Part shown: piece after piece, positions 1 through 7,755 of the stretch
How positions within the stretch are numbered: position 1 is the first letter of the stretch
How the letters are laid out: every line of letters starts with the position of its first letter
Origin: Promethearchaeota archaeon
GTDB taxonomy: Archaea; Asgardarchaeota; Lokiarchaeia; Sigyniarchaeales; SOKP01
Length of the DNA stretch: 17,806 nucleotides
NCBI GenBank assembly: GCA_004524535.1
Contig: SDNY01000073.1
Coordinates: forward strand, 1 to 17,806
Reading direction: 5' to 3'
Translations under genes and position numbers: made by a program
The notes under the pieces: model-generated
Told to the model about the DNA's origin: nothing
What the model saw: only the letters and a program-made list of their open reading frames with translations
Databases searched by the model: none

Positions 1-90
1 AAGTCTCATTGATACGCCAATAATACAAAAAATTCCAAGGATGGCCCCCATAACTATTCCTATTATTAATCTCTTTGTTTTAATTTCCAT
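1..90 (-). CDS. Partial (5' end only) putative membrane protein, runs off the window
   Basis: Minus-strand ATG at 90 reads MEIKTKRLIIGIVMGAILGIFCIIGVSMRL (hydrophobic helix) with no stop to the window edge. SD-like AGAGGT lies 7 nt upstream. Not in the ORF track. Confidence 0.75.
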   Translation of the reverse strand, partial: MEIKTKRLIIGIVMGAILGIFCIIGVSMRL

Positions 91-154
91 TTTAATAACC
101 TCTTTTATTCAAAATATAATTAATGAAATAAATAAAGAATTTAAAAAAAGTGTT

Positions 155-814
155 TTAGATTTTCAATGATTTGCCTTCTAAGATTTCTACTTGTATGTTA
201 GGATCTTTTTTAGCCATTATCTCCTTATATTGATTTAAGTCAGCCCCCCAATTTTGTATTTATACATGAGATATGTATAAATTATGCATTGGAACTACAA
301 TTTTAGGTTTAAAATCTAAAGTAGCTGAGCATGACTCTTCAAAATCCATTGTAAATTTACCTCCACAAGGCATAAGAGCTACGGTAATATCCTTTAAATC
401 TTTCATTTCAGGTATTCTTTCAGTGTCTCCAGCGTGATAAACTCTCTTGCCTTCCGTTTCAATGATAGTTCCCGCCCATTCATTACTTTTTGGATGTGTT
501 GCCTTTTTAATTGTATAGGATGGTACTAATTGTATCTTTATATCATCAACCTCAAAAACTTCTCCTAATTTTAAACCTTTTCCATTGAATTTATTCAAAT
601 CATTGGAGATACTGACAGGTCCTAATAAACTAGTGGAATCCTTCAATATAGTTTTGATTGATCTTTTATCGAAGTGATCTCCATGTGAATGACTTGAAAT
701 TATTATGTCTGCTTTCTCTGCGTCTTTAGGGAGTTGATAAGGATCTAAATAGATAACTTTTCCACTATTTGTTTTTATTTTAAAAGCGGCATGGGAAAGC
801 CAAATTATTTCCAG
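155..814 (-). CDS. MBL-fold metallo-hydrolase (UlaG/lactamase_B_3-like), predicted join(complement 283..814, 155..252), 209 aa after splicing
   Basis: The frame of the listed 260..646 ORF extends upstream to CTG at 814: (M)EIIWLSHAAFKIKT...YLDPY...SHSHGDHFD (HxHxDH), then YHAGDT, MPCGGKFTM and PMH. After the TAA at 260..262 the same frame continues WGADLNQYKEIMAKKDPNIQVEILEGKSLKI to TAA 155..157. Confidence 0.88.
253..282 (-). other. Candidate 30-nt bulge-helix-bulge (BHB) mRNA intron
   Basis: The mRNA folds as CCAA-UGCA-UA^A-UUUAUACAU-AUCUC-AUGUAUAAA-UACA-AA^A-UUGG. The insert carries the in-frame UAA, and its removal gives ...P-M-H-N-W-G... Confidence 0.72.
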
Positions 815-819
815 TTATT

Positions 820-827
820 TCACCTCT
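820..827 (-). promoter_or_regulatory. Shine-Dalgarno (AGAGGTGA) for the MBL hydrolase CTG start
   Basis: Minus strand reads AGAGGTGA-AATAA-CTG GAA ATA, a strong archaeal SD at normal spacing. Confidence 0.7.
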
Positions 828-923
828 TTTCAAAATTTTCTAATTGAATTTAGTAATTTAATTAAAAAAATTTATACCATTCCTTTTAATTTTAACTTAA
901 AAAAGGATTTTAAAAATTGGATT

Positions 924-2651
924 TTATTCGTTTTCTTTTTCTTTATTTTCTTTTTCTTTATTTATTTTATCGAGAATTTCTTGCCGAAATTTTATAGCCT
1001 CTTGAAAACTTGGATTGAGTCCTATACTCCGTATAATGACATCAAGAGCATTTTCTAATCTATTTTGTTTTAAAAAAACATTTGCTAAATGATACCACCC
1101 TCTACTATAATTAGGGTCAAGCTCAATGGATCTTTTTACAAGTTCCTTAGCTCTATCATAATTCTCTTTTTTAAGAAATGAGAGTCCCATTTCACTCCAC
1201 GCTTTTGCGTAATTTTTATTTAATTCAGTTGCTTTCTTACACGCTTCTATAGCACTATCATAATCACCCTTAATATTGTAGATTTCACCTAAATTTCCCC
1301 ATGTTTCAAAATCGTTTCCTTCAATTTTTAAGGCTTGGTTGAATGCATCTAACGCTTTATCGTAATCTTTATTTATGGTATAAATCAAGCCAATTTGGTT
1401 CCAACTTTTATGAGAATTTGGATCTAATTGAATTATTTTAATATATGCTTCTAGTGCTCCGTTTAAATTTTTAGTTTTCCGATATACCCATCCAAGAGAA
1501 TTCCATATTTCTATGAGATTAGGATCTATTTCTACAACCTTTTTATATGCTACAATTGCTCTTTCATAATTACTAATCTTGGTGAGTGCATCACCAAGGT
1601 TTTTCCAAGCCTGGATATATTTTGGGTCAAGCTCTACAACTTTATTATATGCTTCTATCGCCTCTTCAAAATTTCCAGCTTTGAAGGCAGCAGATGCAAT
1701 ATAATTCCAAGCTGTTAGAAATTCGGGATTAATCTCCACTACTTTCTGATATACCTCAATCATTTTCTCTTTATTACCCATTTCGTTGTATATATATCCA
1801 AGATTATTAAAAGCCTCTAAGCACTTCGGATCTAACTCAACTACCTTGTTATAGGCATATATTGCCTTATCGAAATTTCCTTTATTAAGGTAAATTGAGC
1901 CTAAATTATTCCAACCATCAAACGATTTTGAATCGATCTCGACGACTTTTTTATATGCTTCTATTGCCTTTTCAAAATCCTTCATCTTTAAGTTTACAAA
2001 ACCGAGTCGCCCTAGAATTTCTAAATGGTCTGGATTAAGTTCTAAAACTTTTTGGTAAGAGTTTATTGCATTTTCAAATTCATTTTTCTTAAGAGAGGAA
2101 TTTCCAATTATTTTCCATGCATCTATAGCTGTTGAATCCATTTCCAATACTTTATTTGCCGTTTCAACTGCTTTTTCGTATTCTTCATTCCTAAAATAAA
2201 CATCACTTAGATTGGCCCATATTTTAACCTTAGTAGAATCGATTTCTAAAGCCTTTCTATAAGATTCAATCGCTTTTTCAAAATCTCCTTTCTCTCTCAG
2301 CGACGAGCCCAAATTATTCCACGCTTCATAAGAGTTTGAATCTAATTCTATTTCTTGTTTAAATATTTCGATCGCTTTATCAAAATCACCATTTTTAAAT
2401 GACTTAATACCAATATATTTTTGAGCTTTTACTTGTATTATTTCTATACGTTTTCTAAATTCTTCTATCTTGAGCTCAATTTTTTCAAGCATATCTAAAT
2501 CGTGATTTTCATCCAATTTTTTAGCAGTATTTAATATTTCAATGGCATTTTCATATTTTTTAAGTGCAATTTCATATTCTTTTTTCTTTTCAGAGACAAA
2601 TGCTTCATCTGCCTCATCTACAGCCGTTTGAAATAATTTTTCGACATTCAT
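924..2651 (-). CDS. Tetratricopeptide repeat protein (~14 TPRs) with N-terminal MIT-like three-helix domain
   Basis: Repeated 34-aa units (AWNNLG...Y...G.FEKAIE.Y.KA.E.DP). The first ~75 aa show an MIT-like pattern (A..A...E....Y..AL..Y..AIE.L...KI.EF..R.E.I). Confidence 0.92.
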   Translation of the reverse strand: MNVEKLFQTAVDEADEAFVSEKKKEYEIALKKYENAIEILNTAKKLDENHDLDMLEKIELKIEEFRKRIEIIQVKAQKYIGIKSFKNGDFDKAIEIFKQEIELDSNSYEAWNNLGSSLREKGDFEKAIESYRKALEIDSTKVKIWANLSDVYFRNEEYEKAVETANKVLEMDSTAIDAWKIIGNSSLKKNEFENAINSYQKVLELNPDHLEILGRLGFVNLKMKDFEKAIEAYKKVVEIDSKSFDGWNNLGSIYLNKGNFDKAIYAYNKVVELDPKCLEAFNNLGYIYNEMGNKEKMIEVYQKVVEINPEFLTAWNYIASAAFKAGNFEEAIEAYNKVVELDPKYIQAWKNLGDALTKISNYERAIVAYKKVVEIDPNLIEIWNSLGWVYRKTKNLNGALEAYIKIIQLDPNSHKSWNQIGLIYTINKDYDKALDAFNQALKIEGNDFETWGNLGEIYNIKGDYDSAIEACKKATELNKNYAKAWSEMGLSFLKKENYDRAKELVKRSIELDPNYSRGWYHLANVFLKQNRLENALDVIIRSIGLNPSFQEAIKFRQEILDKINKEKENKEKENE

Positions 2652-2755
2652 TACCTTAATTGATTAATTTTTTAATTTTGAATATTAAAGATAGTTAATA
2701 ATAATTATATTCAAAAAAGAATATTTAACCTTAATTTAGTCCAAATTTTATAAAT

Positions 2756-3130
2756 TTAATCTTCTTTTTCTACTTTTAATTCTGGACTTTTTAAAGATAT
2801 CTTTTTAGATATTCCAAAAACATCTGAATTAGTTATATCTATTTCTTTTAAACGTTCTAGAAACTTATTATTTTTAAAATTAGGGATTTCATTCAATAAA
2901 TTCGGTTTTGGTAAAGTATGGGATAACTTTGGATTTAAATGTTCTTTCTTAGGATTTAAATCTTTTAAAAGATCATCTTTTTCAATATTATACTTATTGA
3001 AATGTGGGTTATATGGTCTTAATTCATTATTATATAACTCTTTTATTTTAAGAACGCTTTCTGGAATAGTTGATTTTGTCATTCGACAAGTTGGACAATT
3101 AATTTCCTCTAAACCATGGATGCAAGGCAT
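2756..3130 (-). CDS. Hypothetical protein with N-terminal CxHG-x5-CxxC putative zinc-binding motif
   Basis: 124-aa ORF starting MPCIHGLEEINCPTCR, co-oriented with the TPR gene. Confidence 0.75.
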   Translation of the reverse strand: MPCIHGLEEINCPTCRMTKSTIPESVLKIKELYNNELRPYNPHFNKYNIEKDDLLKDLNPKKEHLNPKLSHTLPKPNLLNEIPNFKNNKFLERLKEIDITNSDVFGISKKISLKSPELKVEKED

Positions 3131-3340
3131 AATTTTTTAAATAAAAAGATGTTATTCAGTTCTTCATTATTAAAATTAATTATATCTTATATTTTTTGGC
3201 TTCTCTTTGGTCAATATAATTTAATAAACTCCCCCCATATATATACAAATTTATATTGTAAGATATACAAATTTATATTGAATATTCAATCATTTTTTTA
3301 TTAAAATAATATATCCTAATTTCTAGGTAATGTATGCCCA

Positions 3341-6300
3341 ATGAAAAAGAAAATATATTATTTCATAATAATAGTTATTAGTATTTTTGTTATTAGTACC
3401 CCTATTTATAAAGTTCAAGAGAGAGAGTTTTCCTTAGAGGGGGCGCGCATTTCGGGCTCGACGGAAGCCATTTTCAGTTCTTCCTCGATTGGCCCAGTTA
3501 ATTTTAGTGAATTCCAAATAATAAATTCAGAAGATAAAAGTCCAGATGTCCGGATCTCTATTCAAGATGAGATAAATGGAATTGATAAGGAGTCCGCTTC
3601 CTTTGCATTTTCAATAAATGGAGAAGATCCTAACGCATTTATGAATCCTTACTCTGATAAGTTCGATGATTCCAATTTACAGGGATTTTGGGAAACATCA
3701 AACGAGCTTAATGGACTTCTTAATGAAGACTCAAATGGGTTGAATTTTACTGATGATGGGATACATACATGGGATGAGGTAATAAAAGATGCCCCTTGTA
3801 TCACACAAAATATAGGCGGATCATTCCAAGTAACCGTAAAGGTAAGACCAAATGATTTGGGGCAAGAGAAGGCCGGTGGGGGAATAATTGCGATTCTAAA
3901 TTCAACTGATGCTCTCAAATTAATGGTGGAGAACAAAACTAATTCAGTAAATATAACCTTTTATCATATTCACCTAAGTTCGAAATTACTCATTGGTGAA
4001 ATCGAATCGTCCCAGTATGATTCAATTTGGCTGAGACTCACAAGGATTGAAGATTTATGGAAAGCTCAATATTCAATTAATGGGGATACGTATGCAGATT
4101 ATTTTACTATAGCAAGTAAAGAAATAACTTCCTGGGCGGGTGCTCTGACAGGGCAATCGGGGTTCGATCCGATACCAAATGCCACCGCTAAAGTGGGGTT
4201 GCTCGTGGAGTCTGGTGCATCAATTCTTTTTGGGGAATGGAAGCCCACTCCAGAAATAAGTGTAACCGGGGTTGATGGCTCAACTGCAAAGGAGAGCATT
4301 AAAGTTGATTCAGTGCGATTTGATCAATATTCTGAATTCAATAATAAAATAATATTTAGTGTAAACAACACAATAAAAGAAAAAAGTATTAGTGAAATAT
4401 ATACAATTAATCTAACTACAAGCTCTTTATTTAGAGATGATACTCTTTATTCTGATGGAAGCCACGTGTATATAATTGATAGAAATAAAAATGTTAAATG
4501 GTCTTATCCATGTGTAGCATCTGATGTGGAGATGTTGCCAAATGGAAATGTATTAATCTGTCTTTATGGTAATTTTTGGGCCGAAAATGCCGAAATACGA
4601 GAAGTAAATATCACTACTGATGAAATTGTATGGAGCATAACTGAGGTTGATGGTGCTCCTCTTAGTTGGACTCATGATGTGGATTGGATTGGGAAAGATA
4701 AAAGTGGAGAAGATATATTTTTAATCGCAGATACATCGGGCAATAGGGTTGTAGAATTTTATAGAAATGGTACTACCATATGGGCATGGTATGCTATAGA
4801 CCATTATCCAGGTGAACCTGGATGGGATTGGACCCATCTAAATGACGCTGATCGCCTTCCTGATGGCTCCACGATGATTAGTCTTCGAAATTTTGATCAA
4901 GTGATTATCGTTAATTCCACTGAAACAGAAGACCTCCTATGGGAATACGGAGAGTACGGAGAGCATACTTATATAAATCACCCGCATAATCCCGAGTATA
5001 CGCCAAGAGGGACTATTCTAATTGCAGATTCTGAGAATCATAGAATAATTGAACTCAATAAAACCACCAAAGAAATTATATGGGAATATAGCCCAACGGG
5101 AGAGGAATTTTTAGGATGGCCTCGAGATGCGGATCTATTACCTAATGGAAATATGCTCATTTGTGATTCTGCGTCAAATGGGGGGAAAAATCGAATTTGG
5201 GAAATAAACGCCACTACTAAAGAAGTTGTGTGGTATCATGATACCTCGGGTTTTAATTATGATGCGGATCGTTTAGATACGGTTTTACCTAAAATACATA
5301 TTTTAAATCCTAAAAATAAAACCTATGTTTCAACCATAGAAATTCCCATTACGATTGATTGTGTGGATCCTTGGGTTGACGAAGTCTTTTATCGAATTTA
5401 TGATGAGACAGATAATAAATGGGTTTCTCCTACTAATATTACTTATACAGGGCCAACTAAAATCTTTCTTGAGAATGAAAAACGATACACTCTTCATGCG
5501 TGGGGTAAAGATTTAGTAATAGAAGGGGGTGCATATCCTACAGATAGAGCGATTGTCCAACTGGAAGGGAATTCTGTTCAATTTACTGTGAATTTAAGCT
5601 CAGAGTATAGTACTTCAGAACCATATCCTGGAGATACATTAGTTTCTTCAAACGGTTTTCATTTAATCGATCCTAGTGGTACTGAAATCTGGAACTTTAA
5701 TTTGGGTCATGGGTGGCAAACATTCGATGGTGAGATTTTACCGAATGGCAATTATTTCGGATGTATGAGCAATATGTTAGGTGAAGAAGTAAGTTATATC
5801 GGAGAAATAACTTCTGATTATGAAATTATTTGGAATTATGCAATAAATGGAATAATACCAATTAATCTGCCAGTACATGATGCTGATAAATTACCTAATG
5901 GGAATGTACTAATAGCGGAGATGAACCAAGTAATTGAAGTAGATATGAATTATAATATTGTCTGGGAGTGGAAGTGTATAGATCATCTTCCATATGAATT
6001 TATTCCTAAAGATTGGGTTCATCTTAATGATGCTGATCGATTACCAAATGGAAACACATTACTAACACTACGCAATTATGACAGTATTGTTGAAGTAAAT
6101 CCTGCGGGTGATATTGTATGGTGTTATGGAGATTTAGAATATGATGTGTCTGGAAATCCGAATAATCATATAAAATTATGGGGGCCTCATAATGCTGATC
6201 GATTATCAAATGGTAATACGATGATCGCTGATTCTGTAAATCATAGAATTATTGAAGTGAATCCTGCGGGTGATATTGTATGGCAAATTAACAGAACACA

Positions 6301-7501
6301 TATCTTTTTAAACTGGCCACGTGATTGTGATAAACTACCGAATGGAAATATATTGATTACAGACACTGTAAATTATAGAATAATTGAGGTTAATTCTACA
6401 TATGACATTGTATGGGAATATATTAGTCCATATGGTGGGACCTATGAAGCGGATAGAATAGACATTTCTGCTCCTATCTTAAATATTCATTCACCAGTCC
6501 AAAATAATTTTTATTCTGATAGTGTTATTGTAAATATTTCCTGTGTAGATTTAGATTTAGATACTATTTGGTATGCAATATGGGATAATGTGTTTTCAGA
6601 GTGGGTCGACTTAACCTCCCAAGGAGGTTCTGAAATATTTCAGATTTATGAGGATCCTCCCGATAGTTGGGATCTTAATGAGGGTGTATATACCCTATTT
6701 ATATGGGCAAATGATTCAGCATATCCTATGCTTGGTTGTGATAAGCATATTAATATAAGAGAGGAACAAATTACTTTTAATATAGGCTATGGAATTAATA
6801 TAATTAAACCAAAACCATACCAAATTTTTGGAAAATCAGATTTTGAATTTAAAGTATCAGTTAACCTTGAAGGACCCCTGAATGCAACATGGTATTCATT
6901 AGGTGTGGGACAAAAGAATATAACCTTTGAGGACCCATCTGATAAAATAAATCAAACAGAATGGGATAAATTTGGAAATGGAACTGTATTGATTACGTTT
7001 TACGCAAATGATACTTTAGGTAATGTGTTATTAAAAGAAATACTCGTACGAAAGGATATTATTCCTCCCAAATTATTCATAAATAGTCCTACGAATGATA
7101 GTATATGTGGTTTACCACCACTAATCAATATAACAGCTTTAGATCCTAATTTTGATTCTGTTTGGTACGAAGTAAATGGAGTTAATATAAGCTTGACTAA
7201 TAATATTGCAGAACCTTTTAATATATCCATATGGAATAGTTTACCGAACGGATTATTTCAAATCAAGTTTTTCTCTAATGATTCTTTAGGTAATGTTGCA
7301 TATAAAGAAGTTATTATATACAAAGTAATCAATAATCAATTTATTCCTAGTGGTGGCGAGGATAGTGATGATAAGAAAAGTGATAAGAGCACAGATACTA
7401 TTCAAGCTCCAGTTACGGTATTAATTACAATTTCTGTTGGTAGTGTTGTTATAATCACTGGATTGACAATTTATTTATTAAAAAAGAAAAAATTAAGATA
7501 A
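3341..7501 (+). CDS. Large secreted, C-terminally anchored surface protein: ConA/DUF1349-like module, two arylsulfotransferase(ASST)-like beta-propellers, Ig-like repeats
   Basis: Signal peptide MKKKIYYFIIIVIS. Each of two propellers has HD(V/A)D, W(T/V)HLNDADRLP, (S/T)LRN, PHN and WPRD(A/C)D motifs. NATWYSL/YANDTLGN Ig-like units follow, then a C-terminal TM helix with KKKK tail. Many NxS/T sequons. Confidence 0.85.
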   Translation: MKKKIYYFIIIVISIFVISTPIYKVQEREFSLEGARISGSTEAIFSSSSIGPVNFSEFQIINSEDKSPDVRISIQDEINGIDKESASFAFSINGEDPNAFMNPYSDKFDDSNLQGFWETSNELNGLLNEDSNGLNFTDDGIHTWDEVIKDAPCITQNIGGSFQVTVKVRPNDLGQEKAGGGIIAILNSTDALKLMVENKTNSVNITFYHIHLSSKLLIGEIESSQYDSIWLRLTRIEDLWKAQYSINGDTYADYFTIASKEITSWAGALTGQSGFDPIPNATAKVGLLVESGASILFGEWKPTPEISVTGVDGSTAKESIKVDSVRFDQYSEFNNKIIFSVNNTIKEKSISEIYTINLTTSSLFRDDTLYSDGSHVYIIDRNKNVKWSYPCVASDVEMLPNGNVLICLYGNFWAENAEIREVNITTDEIVWSITEVDGAPLSWTHDVDWIGKDKSGEDIFLIADTSGNRVVEFYRNGTTIWAWYAIDHYPGEPGWDWTHLNDADRLPDGSTMISLRNFDQVIIVNSTETEDLLWEYGEYGEHTYINHPHNPEYTPRGTILIADSENHRIIELNKTTKEIIWEYSPTGEEFLGWPRDADLLPNGNMLICDSASNGGKNRIWEINATTKEVVWYHDTSGFNYDADRLDTVLPKIHILNPKNKTYVSTIEIPITIDCVDPWVDEVFYRIYDETDNKWVSPTNITYTGPTKIFLENEKRYTLHAWGKDLVIEGGAYPTDRAIVQLEGNSVQFTVNLSSEYSTSEPYPGDTLVSSNGFHLIDPSGTEIWNFNLGHGWQTFDGEILPNGNYFGCMSNMLGEEVSYIGEITSDYEIIWNYAINGIIPINLPVHDADKLPNGNVLIAEMNQVIEVDMNYNIVWEWKCIDHLPYEFIPKDWVHLNDADRLPNGNTLLTLRNYDSIVEVNPAGDIVWCYGDLEYDVSGNPNNHIKLWGPHNADRLSNGNTMIADSVNHRIIEVNPAGDIVWQINRTHIFLNWPRDCDKLPNGNILITDTVNYRIIEVNSTYDIVWEYISPYGGTYEADRIDISAPILNIHSPVQNNFYSDSVIVNISCVDLDLDTIWYAIWDNVFSEWVDLTSQGGSEIFQIYEDPPDSWDLNEGVYTLFIWANDSAYPMLGCDKHINIREEQITFNIGYGINIIKPKPYQIFGKSDFEFKVSVNLEGPLNATWYSLGVGQKNITFEDPSDKINQTEWDKFGNGTVLITFYANDTLGNVLLKEILVRKDIIPPKLFINSPTNDSICGLPPLINITALDPNFDSVWYEVNGVNISLTNNIAEPFNISIWNSLPNGLFQIKFFSNDSLGNVAYKEVIIYKVINNQFIPSGGEDSDDKKSDKSTDTIQAPVTVLITISVGSVVIITGLTIYLLKKKKLR

Positions 7502-7517
7502 TTCATCTCCAATCACC

Positions 7518-7542
7518 ATAAGGCATCCTTGGTATGCCTTAT
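7518..7542 (+). terminator. Hairpin just downstream of paralog A (possible terminator/3' stabiliser)
   Basis: ATAAGGCAT-ccttggt-ATGCCTTAT, a perfect 9-bp stem beginning 17 nt after the stop codon. Confidence 0.4.
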
Positions 7543-7755
7543 ATAATGGATGCAAGGCATAATTTATTGAATAAAAAGAGGTTATTCAGTTCTTTATTAT
7601 TAAAATAAATTATATTTTCTATTTTTTTCCCCCACTATTATCAATATAATTTAATAAATCTCCCCCATATACTATTATATAAGCAAATTTATATGTTATA
7701 ATTAACCAATTCTTTATTAAAATACTATCCTATTTATCAATAGATCATATACCCC

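Larger units (their letters stand above)
3116..7545 (+). repeat. Copy A of a tandem segmental duplication (upstream region + surface protein gene + 3' hairpin)
   Basis: 3116 ATGGATGCAAGGCATAATTTTTTAAATAAAAAGATGTTATTCAGTTC matches 7546 ATGGATGCAAGGCATAATTTATTGAATAAAAAGAGGTTATTCAGTTC. The genes and 3' trailers (7501.. vs 13620..) also align. Confidence 0.9.

Noticed and set aside
260-262. Stop-codon readthrough or recoding in the MBL gene
   Set aside because: The codon is TAA (not a Sec/Pyl codon), TAA terminates other genes here, and readthrough would leave 10 extra residues beside the metal-ligand His. Precise BHB excision explains it better.
260-646. 128-aa ORF as listed
   Set aside because: It is an internal fragment: it lacks the HxHxDH motif found upstream in frame, and its stop lies within the candidate intron.
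3116-3304. 62-aa plus-strand ORF
   Set aside because: AT-rich intergenic composition. The duplicate at 7546 has an early stop (ATG GAT GCA AGG CAT AAT TTA TTG AAT AAA AAG AGG TTA TTC AGT TCT TTA TTA TTA AAA TAA).
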